A stretch of 64,000 nt of DNA from an uncultured Gemmatimonadales bacterium (GCA_963851265.1 CAWKNZ010000007.1:480001-544000), one strand, 5' to 3'; positions 1 to 10,500 are shown, numbered from the stretch's first letter. Translations and numbers: made by a program. The notes: generated by a model not told the origin, from the letters alone.

Positions 1-450
1 GGCGTCCATCCCCGGCGAGCCGGCCGGCATGCCCGGCACCGCGAGCCCGCGTGCCGGGCGCCCGGCGATCGTGGGCGGTTCGCGGAGCAGTCGGCGCACG
101 TCGGCGGCAGGAACGTGGCCCTCGATCACGTAATCACCGATGACGGCGGTGTGACACGCGCGGAGGCTCGCCGGCACGCCGTAGCGCTGCTTGACGGCGT
201 CCATGTCGGCCACGTCCTGCACGGCGGGGCGAAAACCCGCACCGGCCATGTGCGCCACCCACTGTTGGCAGCAGCCGCAGAGCGGATCCTTGAACACGGT
301 GATGGGCGTGCCCGCGGGTGCGCTGCCCGACCTCGCGGCGCCCGACGACGCGGACGCGACCCTCGGCAGCACGACGGCGGAAAGGGCGGCGCCGGCGGCG
401 GCGAGCCACGCGCGGCGCGTGACGGCGGCGGATTGGGACGGGTTGGTCAT
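1..450 (-). CDS. DUF411/CopG-like periplasmic metal-binding protein (partial, runs off window start)
   Basis: Own translation from ATG 450: MTNPSQSAAVTRRAWL (Tat-like) ... FKDPLCGCCQQWVAHM ... ACHTAVIGDYVIEGHVP ... GLAVPGMPAGSPGM; ATGA overlap with the stop of the upstream gene. Confidence 0.85.
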   Translation of the reverse strand, partial: MTNPSQSAAVTRRAWLAAAGAALSAVVLPRVASASSGAARSGSAPAGTPITVFKDPLCGCCQQWVAHMAGAGFRPAVQDVADMDAVKQRYGVPASLRACHTAVIGDYVIEGHVPAADVRRLLREPPTIAGRPARGLAVPGMPAGSPGMDA

Positions 451-1289
451 GAGCCGGACGGTGTGCGAACGCCCGCCGCGCGCGCAAGGGTGTCGCGTTC
501 GCCCGCCGTGAGCGGGCGCAGCGATCCGCTGGGCAGCCGGCCAAGCTCGAGCGGGCCGATGGCAACGCGAATGAGACGCCGGACCTCGACGTCGGCCGCC
601 GCGAGCATGCGACGGATGTGCCGGTTGCGCCCCTCGTGCAACACGAGCTCGAGCCAGCCACTGCGCTCGGACGCGCGCAGCACATGGGCCTGCGCCGCCG
701 CGAGTCGCTCGCCTTCCGGCGTGTCGAGGCCGGCGATCAGCCGGGCAAGCAGCGTCTCGTCGGGACGCACGTCGACCTGCACGTGGTACGTCTTCGGAAC
801 GTGTGACGCGGGTGCGAGCAGCGCCTCGGCCCACCGGGTGTCGTTGGTGAACAGCAACAGCCCCTCGCTCGCGCGGTCGAGGCGGCCCACCGGCGAGACG
901 TACTCGGCGAGGTCGGCCGGGAGCAGCGAGTAGACGCTCGACGCGCCGCGCTCGTCGGCGCGCGAGACGACGACGCCGCGCGGTTTATGCAGTGCGTAGT
1001 AGCGGCGCGGTGCAGGGCGGACGCGCTCGCCGTCGAGCGCGAGCACGTCGCGTCGCGGGTCGATGCGGAGCGTCGCGTCGTGCACCACCCGGCCGTTCAC
1101 GCGCACCCGCCCCTCGGCCACCCAGCGCTCGCCGTCGCGCCGCGATCCCGCGCCGAATTTGGAGAGGGCGCGCGCGACTGCCACGCGGTCGCCGTCGCCG
1201 CCGGCACGCGAGCGCCGATATCTTTGGTCATTCGCGCCCGCCCGCGCCCGCCCGCGCGGCGCGTCGTCGTCCTGACTGCGATGCGTCAT
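447..1289 (-). CDS. rRNA pseudouridine synthase (RsuA/RluB family, S4 domain)
   Basis: S4 motif SRR..ERWVAEGRVRVNG, HKPRG, catalytic VGRLDRASEGLLL, EGRNRHIRRM; start codon uncertain. Confidence 0.9.
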   Translation of the reverse strand: MTHRSQDDDAPRGRARAGANDQRYRRSRAGGDGDRVAVARALSKFGAGSRRDGERWVAEGRVRVNGRVVHDATLRIDPRRDVLALDGERVRPAPRRYYALHKPRGVVVSRADERGASSVYSLLPADLAEYVSPVGRLDRASEGLLLFTNDTRWAEALLAPASHVPKTYHVQVDVRPDETLLARLIAGLDTPEGERLAAAQAHVLRASERSGWLELVLHEGRNRHIRRMLAAADVEVRRLIRVAIGPLELGRLPSGSLRPLTAGERDTLARAAGVRTPSGS

Positions 1290-1766
1290 TCCCCGTCCGA
1301 TCCCCCACACCCGGTACCGCCGGCCCCCGTGCCACTCGCCGCGGTCGACACGCAACGCGCGAGTGCCCTGCTCGAGGCGGCGGACGCGATGTCGCTTGAC
1401 GAACTCGACGCCCTGCCGTACGGGATGATCCAGCTCGACGCGGCCGGACGGATTCTCAAATACAACGCCGTCGAGTCGCGGCTCGCCTCGCTGTCACAGG
1501 CGTCCGCCCTCGGCAAGCAGTTCTTCACCGAGATCGCGCCCTGCACCAAGGTGCAGCAGTTCTACGGGCGCTTCAAGGACGGCGTCGTACGGGAGTCGCT
1601 CGACACGTCGTTCCAGTTCCATTTCGCGTTCAAGCAGGCGCCGCGCGACGTGACCGTGCGGCTGTTCTACTCGCGGCGGACGCGGAGCGTCTGGGTCATG
1701 ATCTCGGACCACCAGAGCGTGCGCGGGACACCAGAGGCGGGGCAGCCGGCGGTCGCCGCGGGGTGA
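1281..1766 (+). CDS. pyp: Photoactive yellow protein (PYP) homologue
   Basis: LDALPYGMIQLD..GRILKYNAVE..GKQFFTEIAPCT..FYGRFKDGV..SVWV aligns without gaps to the PYP core; Tyr42, Glu46 and Cys69 equivalents kept. Start could be 1281, 1329 or 1389. Confidence 0.85.
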   Translation: MRHSPSDPPHPVPPAPVPLAAVDTQRASALLEAADAMSLDELDALPYGMIQLDAAGRILKYNAVESRLASLSQASALGKQFFTEIAPCTKVQQFYGRFKDGVVRESLDTSFQFHFAFKQAPRDVTVRLFYSRRTRSVWVMISDHQSVRGTPEAGQPAVAAG

Positions 1767-1803
1767 CGCGCCGGCGCAGATGCGCCGTGAGAGCGATTGC
1801 GGG

Positions 1804-2907
1804 TCACCAGGGCTGCACGGCGTCGGCGACGCGGCCGGTCGCGACGAGGTCGCGCAATTCGTCGCCCAGCGCGGCGCTCGCATCCACGACCCGCTGCCAG
1901 CGCTCGACCCGCTCGGCCTGCGTCACGTCGTAGAAGTCGTTGCGGTCGGGGATCTTGCCCCCGGGCAGGGACGCCACGAACGCGTCCGACGGGGCGATGA
2001 GGACCGCGCGGCGGAAGTTCGCGCTGGCACCGGCGCTCGTCACACGCCGCCAGCCGAGCCGTTGGTCGAACCAGCCCGGGATCACGTGGGCGTAGAAGTG
2101 CGGGTACAGCACCAGGCGGCCTCCCCCGGCCGCCGCGGGCCCGAAGTCGAGGTCCGGGTGGTAGTCGAGTACGCCTCCGTCCCAGAACGTGCCGGGAAGC
2201 GGGCGACCATCCGCGGCGGGGATGCGCACGCCCTCCATGAGCAGCGGGATGGAGCCCGACGCTTCGAGTGCGGCGCGCAGGTTCTCGGGCGTGAGCGCGT
2301 GGTGCTCGGTGGGGAGGTCGGCGAGAGCGGCGAACGGCGTCGCGTCGCCCGCCGAGTGGAAGATCGCGCGGCGGAACTGGAGGGCGAGCGAGCGGCGGGT
2401 GACGACGTTGGCGGCGGCCGCGATCCCGAAACCGGCCAGCAAGGCGCCGCGCCGCGCGGCGGCGGCGGGGCCCCGCGCGCGCGTGGTCAGCACGTGCAGG
2501 CGCGCCCACGGGTGCGAGAGGACGTCGCCGACTCCCGTCGCGCCTAACAGGCGGTCGAGCGCGGCGCCGAGCACGCCCGAGACCTCGCGCGGGGTCGGGC
2601 GGAGCGACGAATAGCGCTGCTCGTGCACGTAGTAGCGGTGCGCGCGGTCGAGCGCCGCGACGGGGTCGCGCTGCGCGAGACACGCCATCCGCCACGACCC
2701 GATGGACGAGCCGATCAGGTGCATCGGGCGAGTGCGGGGCGCCCGCAGGAACTCGCCGAACAGGTAGCGGTCGAGGCCCGCGAGCACGAGCCACTTCGCG
2801 CCGCCGGAGGCGGCCGGAATGACGTCGACGTCTTCGGCCCGCAGGCCGCGCTCGCGGACCACGGCGAGCGCCTCGGGACCGGCGCGGAGCGTGAGGGCGG
2901 ATGGCAC
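1804..2907 (-). CDS. Patatin-like phospholipase family protein
   Basis: GGAKW oxyanion loop, GSSIG nucleophile motif, DGG motif. Confidence 0.85.
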   Translation of the reverse strand: MPSALTLRAGPEALAVVRERGLRAEDVDVIPAASGGAKWLVLAGLDRYLFGEFLRAPRTRPMHLIGSSIGSWRMACLAQRDPVAALDRAHRYYVHEQRYSSLRPTPREVSGVLGAALDRLLGATGVGDVLSHPWARLHVLTTRARGPAAAARRGALLAGFGIAAAANVVTRRSLALQFRRAIFHSAGDATPFAALADLPTEHHALTPENLRAALEASGSIPLLMEGVRIPAADGRPLPGTFWDGGVLDYHPDLDFGPAAAGGGRLVLYPHFYAHVIPGWFDQRLGWRRVTSAGASANFRRAVLIAPSDAFVASLPGGKIPDRNDFYDVTQAERVERWQRVVDASAALGDELRDLVATGRVADAVQPW

Positions 2908-3024
2908 GCGATACAATCTGTGGCCGCGGCGTGGGAGACGCGCGGGTCCGGCCGGCGCACGTTGCGCGCCGTCACCCGGTCGCGCCGATCCCCGCGGATG
3001 CCTAACGCGCGTGCGGGTTCGGCA

Positions 3025-4266
3025 TCACGCCGCGCTCGGCGCGCGGTCGACCGCGCCGGCGCCGAGCGCGATGAGGAGGGCGAACGCCGCCACGATGCCG
3101 AGCGCGAGCGGCAGGCTCCCGACGAGCTGCGACACGCCGCCGATGACCGGCGGGCCGATGACGAAGCCGGTGTACCCGAGCGTGGAAACGGCGGCGATGC
3201 CGGCGGGGCCGGCGCGGCGCCCACTCGCGCTGAAGAGGATGGGGACGAGATTCGCGTAGCCGAACCCGACGGCCGCGAATCCGAGCACGGCGAGGGCGTA
3301 CGGCGAGACGAGGGCGACGGTGAGGCCGGCGGCGGCGAGGAGCCCGCTGACGCGGAGGGTGCGGGCTCGGCCCACGGCCGCGATCACGGCGTCACCGGAG
3401 AAGCGGCCGACGGTCATCGCGATCGAGAACGCCGCGTAGCCGAGCGCGGCGGCGTCGGGCGTCGCGCGCGTGGTGCGTTCGAGCAGGAGCGCGCTCCAGT
3501 CACTCATCGCGCCCTCGCCGAACAGTCCGCAGAACCCGAGGGCCCCGAGGGCGAGCAAGGTCCCGTCACGCGTGAGCGCGGCGACGAACGACTGGCGCGG
3601 CGCGTCGGGCGCGTGCTCGGGTCGCGCGGGGGCGCCCGGCGCGTCGCCCGGCGCGTCCCGAAGCAGGGCGCGGCTGGCCACGATCGAGATCAGTGCGGCG
3701 CCAACGCCCGTGACCGAGAGCGTCACGCGCGCGCCGAGTCCGAGCCGGAGCAGAAGGGCGGCGGTGGCGGCGCCGAGGAACCCGCCGAGGCTGAAGCAGC
3801 CGTGGAAGGACGACATCCGCGGGCGCCCGTCGCGCGCCTCGAGGAGCGTCGCCTGCGAGTTCATGGGCACCTCGGTCGCGCCGCGGACGAAGCCGAACAG
3901 CGCGGTACACGCGACGAGGTACGCGAGCGACGGCGCGAAGGCCGGGAGCGCGAGCGACAGGCAGCCGAGCACCGAGGCGACGCGCGTGATGGGGCGGGTG
4001 CCGATGCGTGCCGAGAGCGCGCCCGCGAGCGGCTGGGCGATGAACGCGCCGCAGACGACGCCGGCGAGCGCGGACGCGAACGCGAAGTCCGACAGACGCA
4101 GGCCGGTCTTGATGAGCGGCAGGTGGGCGACCCAGACCCCGAACGTGAGGCCGTCGAGCAGGAAGATGATCGCGATCGCGGCGCGTGCCGCGTCCCAGTC
4201 GGCGAAGACGCGTCGCGGCGCGCGCGGCCAGGCGGATGGTGTGGCGAGTTCGGTCGGAACGGTCAT
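3025..4266 (-). CDS. MFS transporter
   Basis: 413 aa, about 12 hydrophobic segments, MSSFHGCFSLGG, EGAMSDWS, GRFSGD. Confidence 0.9.
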   Translation of the reverse strand: MTVPTELATPSAWPRAPRRVFADWDAARAAIAIIFLLDGLTFGVWVAHLPLIKTGLRLSDFAFASALAGVVCGAFIAQPLAGALSARIGTRPITRVASVLGCLSLALPAFAPSLAYLVACTALFGFVRGATEVPMNSQATLLEARDGRPRMSSFHGCFSLGGFLGAATAALLLRLGLGARVTLSVTGVGAALISIVASRALLRDAPGDAPGAPARPEHAPDAPRQSFVAALTRDGTLLALGALGFCGLFGEGAMSDWSALLLERTTRATPDAAALGYAAFSIAMTVGRFSGDAVIAAVGRARTLRVSGLLAAAGLTVALVSPYALAVLGFAAVGFGYANLVPILFSASGRRAGPAGIAAVSTLGYTGFVIGPPVIGGVSQLVGSLPLALGIVAAFALLIALGAGAVDRAPSAA

Positions 4267-4275
4267 GGCGCCTCA

Positions 4276-4322
4276 CTTGATCGGTCAAGAAAGGCTACGC
4301 TGGGCCGCTTGATCGGTCAAGA
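4276..4322. promoter_or_regulatory. Two identical near-palindromic operators CTTGATCGGTCAAGA (4276-4290, 4308-4322)
   Basis: Exact 15-nt repeat with dyad symmetry and central CG, between divergent MFS and LacI genes. Confidence 0.75.
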
Positions 4323-4342
4323 GCAGTGCGGTAGCGTCCGGT

Positions 4343-5476
4343 ATGGATCATGTCACGGGCATCACGAGGACCGGCGACGTCGGGATCTCGGGGCGCGCGA
4401 CGCTGCGCGATGTCGCGCGCGCGGCGGGGGTGTCGCACACGACGGTGTCCAACGCGTTCGCCCGGCCCGACCAGCTGTCGGGGCCGCTGCGGGCGCACGT
4501 GCTCGCGACCGCGCGAGCACTCGGCTACGCGGGGCCGAGCCCGGCGGCGCGGTCGCTGAGGACGGGACGGCACGGGGCGCTCGGGCTCGTGTTCAGCGAG
4601 GATCTGCCCTACGCGTTCTCCGACCCGACGGCGACGCTGTTCCTGCAGGGCGTGGCGGAGGCGTGCCGTGAGCGCGCCGCGAACCTGCTGCTGATCGCGA
4701 CGCGGACGGGCGAGGACGCCGGCGACGACGATCCGACGCTCGGGGGGTCGCCGGCGCTTCGCGACGCGGCCGTCGACGGCGTCATCGTCTACTCGATCGC
4801 CAGCGACAGTCCCACGCTCGCACCGATCGCGGCGCGGCGGCTGCCACTCGTGGTGGTCGACCAGCCGCGGCTGGCGGGCGTCGCCTTCGTCGGGATCGAC
4901 GACGAGGGCGCGGCGCGCGGGGCGGCGGAGCACCTGCTGGGTCTGGGGCACCACCGGTTCATGATCGTCTCGCTCAAGCTGTGCCCCGACGGTCGCGAGG
5001 GGATCGCCGCGGCGGCTCGCACGGCGGGGGCGACGTACGAGGTGGCCGCGGCGCGGCTGGCGGGATACCGGGCGGCGCTCGCGGGTGCGGGGCTCGACCC
5101 AGCGGCCGCCCCCGTGATCGAGGTGGCGCGCAACGACGAGCGTCGCGCGCGCGAGCTCGTCGCGCCCGTGCTCGCGGAGTTCCGGCCGACGGCCGTGCTC
5201 GCGATGAGCGACCGCCTCGCGCTCGGCGCGGTGGCGGCGGCGCGCGCCGCCGGGCTCGCGGTCCCCGACGACGTGTCGGTGGTCGGGTTCGACGACGTCC
5301 CGGTGGACGGAGCGGGCGACGCGCTGCCGCTGACGACCGTGCGGCAACCGCACGCGGGTAAGGGGCGCGCCGCGGTCGAACGGCTCGGCGCGGGGGTGAC
5401 GGGCGGGGCCCGCGTGCTGGCGACCGAGCTCGTCGTGCGGGCGTCGTCGGGACCCGCGCCGGCCGCGCGCCGTTAG
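4343..5476 (+). CDS. LacI family transcriptional regulator
   Basis: HTH TLRDVARAAGVSHTTVS, AARSLRTG hinge, VPDDVSVVGFDD, LTTVRQP. Confidence 0.95.
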   Translation: MDHVTGITRTGDVGISGRATLRDVARAAGVSHTTVSNAFARPDQLSGPLRAHVLATARALGYAGPSPAARSLRTGRHGALGLVFSEDLPYAFSDPTATLFLQGVAEACRERAANLLLIATRTGEDAGDDDPTLGGSPALRDAAVDGVIVYSIASDSPTLAPIAARRLPLVVVDQPRLAGVAFVGIDDEGAARGAAEHLLGLGHHRFMIVSLKLCPDGREGIAAAARTAGATYEVAAARLAGYRAALAGAGLDPAAAPVIEVARNDERRARELVAPVLAEFRPTAVLAMSDRLALGAVAAARAAGLAVPDDVSVVGFDDVPVDGAGDALPLTTVRQPHAGKGRAAVERLGAGVTGGARVLATELVVRASSGPAPAARR

Positions 5477-5520
5477 GCGGCGAACCTCCACTCGCGCGCC
5501 CGGCGCGCGTCAGGCGCGAC

Positions 5521-6048
5521 TCACGGGGTGGGCGGACGCCGGTAGATCGTGACGGTGGTGTCGCCGAGGGCGAGGCGGTCATCGCCGGCGGGCAGCGGGT
5601 GCGTGCGCGCGTGCTCCGCGGCGAGCACGCGCGCGAAGCCGGTGGCGCGCCAGGCGTCGAGGACGCGGTCGAGCATGCGCGACTCGTAAGGCGGGTCGAC
5701 GAAGGCGACGTCGTAGGCGCCGGCGTCGAGCGCCGCGGCGAACGGGAGCGCGTCGCGTTTGAAGATGCGCGCGCGGTCGCGCAACCGGAGCGCGGCCACG
5801 TTCGCGCGCAGGGCGTGGAGGCTCGCGGGGCGGAACTCGACGAAGTCGGCGCGCGCCGCGCCGCGCGACAGCGCCTCGAGGCCGAGCGCGCCGGTGCCGG
5901 CGAAGAGGTCGAGCACGCGCGCCCCGGGGAGGTCGGGGGCGAGCCGGTCGAGGAGCGCCGCGCGGACGTGCTCCGCGGTGGGCCGCACGCGGAAGTCGTT
6001 GGGCGAGGTGAGGTCGCGGCCGGCATACTTGCCGGCGACGATCCTCAT
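5521..6048 (-). CDS. rsmD: 16S rRNA m2G966 methyltransferase RsmD
   Basis: MRIVAGKYAGR, RPT, LDLFAGTGALGLEALSRGA, DPPY. Confidence 0.9.
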   Translation of the reverse strand: MRIVAGKYAGRDLTSPNDFRVRPTAEHVRAALLDRLAPDLPGARVLDLFAGTGALGLEALSRGAARADFVEFRPASLHALRANVAALRLRDRARIFKRDALPFAAALDAGAYDVAFVDPPYESRMLDRVLDAWRATGFARVLAAEHARTHPLPAGDDRLALGDTTVTIYRRPPTP

Positions 6049-6135
6049 GGCGGGCTCATGGCGGGGGGAGGCGGCGCGTGCATGGCCACGCACGATGCAC
6101 GAGCACGGCCACCGCCTGTGGAGGTACGATTCGGC

Positions 6136-6249
6136 ATGCCGGTGCACGTCGGGACGTCGGGGTGGAGCTACGCCCACTCGACGGGCGTGGTGTACCCGGA
6201 GCGGCTTCCGCCGCGAGCCGGCGAGGGTGGCGCCGGGTGGAGAGCATGA
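6136..6249 (+). pseudogene. Truncated N-terminal remnant of a DUF72 family gene
   Basis: MPVHVGTSGWSYAHSTGVVYPERLP resembles the DUF72 start (GTSGWSY..W.G..YP) but stops after 37 aa; GGAGG upstream. Confidence 0.6.
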
Positions 6250-6332
6250 GTGGGCGAGCATCGATCGCATTCGTAGTTTGCGCCGATGTTGCCGTCCCGA
6301 AATCCTACGATAGCACACGCCCCAATTCGATC

Positions 6333-7172
6333 ATGCAACGCCGCCAGTTCCTTTCGACCAGTCTCGCGGGTGCCGCGCTGACCGCCGCCGGCGCGGTACC
6401 CGCCGCGGCGTCGCCGAGCGCCGCGATCATCGCGGGCGCACCGGGCGACCGCATGGTGTACGAGCTCCGGAATTACGAGCTGCGCAGCGACCTCGACGTC
6501 ACGCGGTCGCAGGACTTCTTCGCGCAGCACCTCGTGCCCGCGCTTCGGCGCGCCGGTGCCACGGCCGTCGGCGCCTTCGCGCCCGACTCGGGGTTGCCGC
6601 TGCCCGCGCTCGTGCTGCTGATCGCCTACCCATCGCTCGCTGCCGTCGACGCCGCGTCGCAGCGCATGGCTGCCGACTCCTCGCTGCGGGCGGCGATGGA
6701 CACGTGGGAGCGGGCCGGCGCGTCGGGCTCGGCCCACCCGGTCGGCCTGCCCTATGTGCGGTACGAGGTGTCGCTCTACCGCGCATTCCCGGGCCACGCC
6801 GCGCTCGAGGTGCCGCCCACGGCTGCCGGCCGAGCGCCGCGGCTGTTCGAGCTGCGCACCTACGAGGCGCCGTCGGACGAGGGGCTGCGCGCGAAGGTCG
6901 CGATGTTCGACGAGGCGGAGATCCGCATCTTCCGCGACAGCGGCTTCGCGCCGGTGATGTTCGGCACGGCGATCGCCGGCGCGCGGATGCCGCACCTGAC
7001 GTACATGGTGGGCTTCGACGACATGGCGGCGCGCGGCGCGGCGTGGGCACGCTTCGGGTCGAATCCTGACTGGCAGCGAATCCGCGTTCGGCCCGGGTGG
7101 ACGGACCCCGAGACGGTGTCGGTGATCCGGTCGGCGTTCCTGCGGCCGACGGCGTTCTCGGACATCCGGTAG
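6333..7172 (+). CDS. NIPSNAP family protein with Tat signal
   Basis: MQRRQFL twin-arginine signal; two YELRNY/FELRTY NIPSNAP repeats; FLRPTAFSDI C-terminus. Confidence 0.85.
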   Translation: MQRRQFLSTSLAGAALTAAGAVPAAASPSAAIIAGAPGDRMVYELRNYELRSDLDVTRSQDFFAQHLVPALRRAGATAVGAFAPDSGLPLPALVLLIAYPSLAAVDAASQRMAADSSLRAAMDTWERAGASGSAHPVGLPYVRYEVSLYRAFPGHAALEVPPTAAGRAPRLFELRTYEAPSDEGLRAKVAMFDEAEIRIFRDSGFAPVMFGTAIAGARMPHLTYMVGFDDMAARGAAWARFGSNPDWQRIRVRPGWTDPETVSVIRSAFLRPTAFSDIR

Positions 7173-7227
7173 GCCGCCGGGCGGTCGGCGGCTCTACGTC
7201 CGACGGCGATCCGTTAGGCGCGGTGCG

Positions 7228-7551
7228 TCAGGCGGCGGCTGCGCGCAGGTCGCCGTCGCTCACCGCGTCGAGCGCCACCTGCCGCATGCCGACCTCGAGC
7301 CGGCCGCCGGTGAGGCCGCACGCCTCGCCGAGCCGCCGGACGTCGTCGAGCAGGCGGCGGAGGTCGGCGGGCGCGTCCGCCGCCGCGAGAACGACGACGA
7401 TCTCCGGCGGGCCGATGTACCGCTGCTCCTCGGCGGTGGCCGTCGCCGACGCCACGGCGGCGAGGTTGGCGAGTCGGTTCCCGACCTCGGCGGCGAGCGC
7501 GTGGGCGTCGGCCCCGTCGGGCACGGTGAAGTGCAGCGCGAGGTCAGGCAT
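7228..7551 (-). CDS. Small hypothetical protein (107 aa) overlapping the end of the CHAT gene
   Basis: ATG at 7551 overlaps the CHAT stop by 8 nt; MPDLALHFTVPDG...EEQRYIGPPEIVVVLAAA... Confidence 0.65.
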   Translation of the reverse strand: MPDLALHFTVPDGADAHALAAEVGNRLANLAAVASATATAEEQRYIGPPEIVVVLAAADAPADLRRLLDDVRRLGEACGLTGGRLEVGMRQVALDAVSDGDLRAAAA

Positions 7552-10500
7552 CGGGCGTGGCCGCGGAAGGCGCCAGGCGCCCGAGCTCGACGAGGTAGTA
7601 GGGCGCCCAGTAGGCGAGATTGCGCAGCCGGGGGTCGCCGGCGCGGTGGGCGCGGAGCGCGCGCTGGAGGGCGACGTCGGGCGGGTCGCCGGCGGCGAGC
7701 GCCTCGTGGAGGTGCACCATGATGGGGCGCGCCGCCGCCGACGCGACGGGCCAGAGTGCGCCGAGCACGCACCGCACGCCCGACGCGAAGAGCACCGCCT
7801 GAATGCCGAACACGTCGTCGCCGGGCAACTCCGTGAGGCCACGGCCGGCGATGGCGCGCTGCCCGGAGTTGCAGGCGGCGAGCACGACGAGTTCCGCGCG
7901 CAGGCCGAGCGCCGCCACGCCGATCCCGTCGAGCGAGCCGTCGCGCAGGTAGACGCGCGTCGAGAGCGGGTCGTCGGCCGCGCCGGGGGCGAGCACCGAC
8001 ACCGCGTGTGTCGCGAGGTGGACGGTGGCCACGTCGGGGAGCGCGGCGGCGAGCGCCGCGAGCCGCGCGCGCGAGGCGTCGCCGCCGGTGAGCACCGTCA
8101 CCGGGCGCCCCTGCGCGGCGTACGCGGCGCCGACGTCGCGCGCCTCGGGCTCGGTGTCGGCGAGCGCGGGCGGAGCGTTAGGCCCGTCGAACGTGCCGCA
8201 CCCGACGCTGAGCACCGCGCCGCCGGCGGGGCCCGTCCAGTCGAGGAGCAGCGCGCCGAGGTTGGGGACGTACCGGACGGCGAACGTCTCGACGAGGGGC
8301 GCGCCGTCCCAGTCGACGGCGTGGAACGGAAACAGGTGCAGCGCGCGGTGCGGCGAGACGACGAGCCGGCGCTTGCCGCGCATGCGAGCGCGGCACGCGT
8401 CGGGCATGAGGCGGCCGCCGAGCGCGTCGAAGAATCCGGAGAAATTGCGGTTGGTCCGCCCGCCCGCGAGCAGGGCGGTGAAGTCGGTCAACTGCTGCAC
8501 GTCGTCGGCCGTCGGCGCGACGCGGGCGACGTCGATCCCGGCCGCGTCGATGGCGGCGACGACGAGCAGATCGGCCGTGATCCAGTAGTACGCGAGCACG
8601 ACCTCGTCGGCCGCGAGTGCGCCCTGCACGGCGGCGACCGTCGGGGTGGGAGGCGCCGCCGCGGCGCGGGCGCGCGCGATGGTCTCGAGCGACCAGCGGC
8701 GTTCGCGCCGCGTCGCGTCCGACTCGGCGTCGATCTCGCGCCAGCGCTCGAGCGTGACCGCGTCCGGCGGCGGCGCGCGACGCAGCACGCCGCGCGCCTT
8801 GGCCGCGTCCATGAGGGCGAGCATCGTGTCCCAGTCGCCGAGCCGGCGGGCGATGCCCACGCCGTAATCGTACGCCCAGGTGGTCGCGGCGAAGAACGCG
8901 CTCTGCTGGTACGGATCGCCGACGTGTGCGCGCAGCGCCTCGACCAGCGACACGGCCGCCACACAGGCGGCGAGCGCGCCCGCCGGGTCTTCGCCACCCG
9001 CAGCCTTCATGCGCGTCCACTGCGCGTCGAGGTAGATCTGGCGCTCGTACGCGCCGGCGAACGACTCGGGGACCGGCGGGCGTCCCTCCAGCACGAGCGT
9101 GGCCGCGTCGTCGAGCGCGGCCCGGCATGCGTCCGCGTCGCCCTGCTGAAGCTTCACGTTGGCCGTGAGGAGCGCTCCGCGCGCCCGCTGCGCGGAGGGC
9201 ATGCCGGCACCCGCGGTGGCCAGCGCGGCAGCCTCCGCGGCCAGGTCGTCGCACGGCGCGTCGGGTGCGAGCGCCCAGCACGCGTCGAGGGCGGCCTGGA
9301 CGCGGCCGTCGTACGCCGCGACGGCCTGCTGCCACTTCCACCCCTCGCTGGCGGCGCCGGCGTCCGGCGCCGCGCCGGCGAGGCCGTAGGGCGTGAGCTC
9401 CGCGTCGAGCGCCGCCGCGCTCGCGCGGGCCCGCCCAGTCATTTCCTCACCGATCGCGTGCACGGCGGCGAGCATCTCCTCAGCGCGGGCCGCGTCCGCG
9501 GCGTCGCCTCGGCGCGCGGCGATGCGCGCCTGCGCGATCCCGGACCACGTCGCGACGCCGGTCGTGCAGCGTTGGAGGAACGCGTTGCCGCCCTCGCGTG
9601 CGGCGGCCGCGATCAGCGCCGCGACCGCGGCGTCGGCCCCGGCGACCTCCGGGTCGGCGACGCCCGCGTCGGATAGCGCGGCCGTCGCGTCGGCGGCGGC
9701 GCGCGCGGCCTCGAAATAGTCGCCGGCCGCACAGTTCTGGCGCGCCAGCGCGGCGAGGTCGGCGGCGCGGTCGAGCGGGTCGGCGGCGGAGGCGAGGACC
9801 GCGCCCAACGCCTGCGCGGCGTCGGCGTCGAGGTCGGCCGCGACGCGCGCGCGGAGCGCGGCGGCGCGCGCGCGGGCGTCCGCGGCGTGGTCGGGCTCCG
9901 CGGCGGCGGCGAACGCTTCGGCGGCGCGGCCGTACCACGCGAGCGCGGCGGTGGCGCGGCCGAGGAGCGCCGCGCCGCCGCCGAGCGCGAGGGCGATGTG
10001 TCCCCGCGAGTGGTCGAGGTTCGGGCGAAACTCGTCCCCCGGCGGGATGCGCGCGGCGAGCGCGTCGAACTCGCCGAGCACGGCGTCGAGCGCGGCGAGC
10101 CGGTCGGGGGTGACCGCGCCGAGGCCGCAGGCCTCCACGGCGGGCGCGGCGCGCGCGCCGAGTGCGATCAGTGCGTCGTGCGCCTCCTGCGCGGCCGGCG
10201 ACGGCGTGTCGATCACGACGTCGGGGTGCGCCGCGACCAGGACGGCGGTCACGGCCGCGGCGAAGGTCGCCCGGCGCACGCGCTCGCAATCGACGCGTTC
10301 GGGAGCAGCCGCCGTTTGCTGCTCGCACGCGGCGAGTCGCTCGGCGAGCGTCGCCACGCTCGCCGGGCTGAGGTCGAGACCGAGCTCGTGCATCAGACGC
10401 CAGCGGACGAGCAGGAGCGCGCGGTAGGTGGCGCGGGCCGCGTCGGGCGTGGCGACGGCCGACTCGTAGTCGGCGAGCGACGCCGGGTCGGGCCGGGCGA

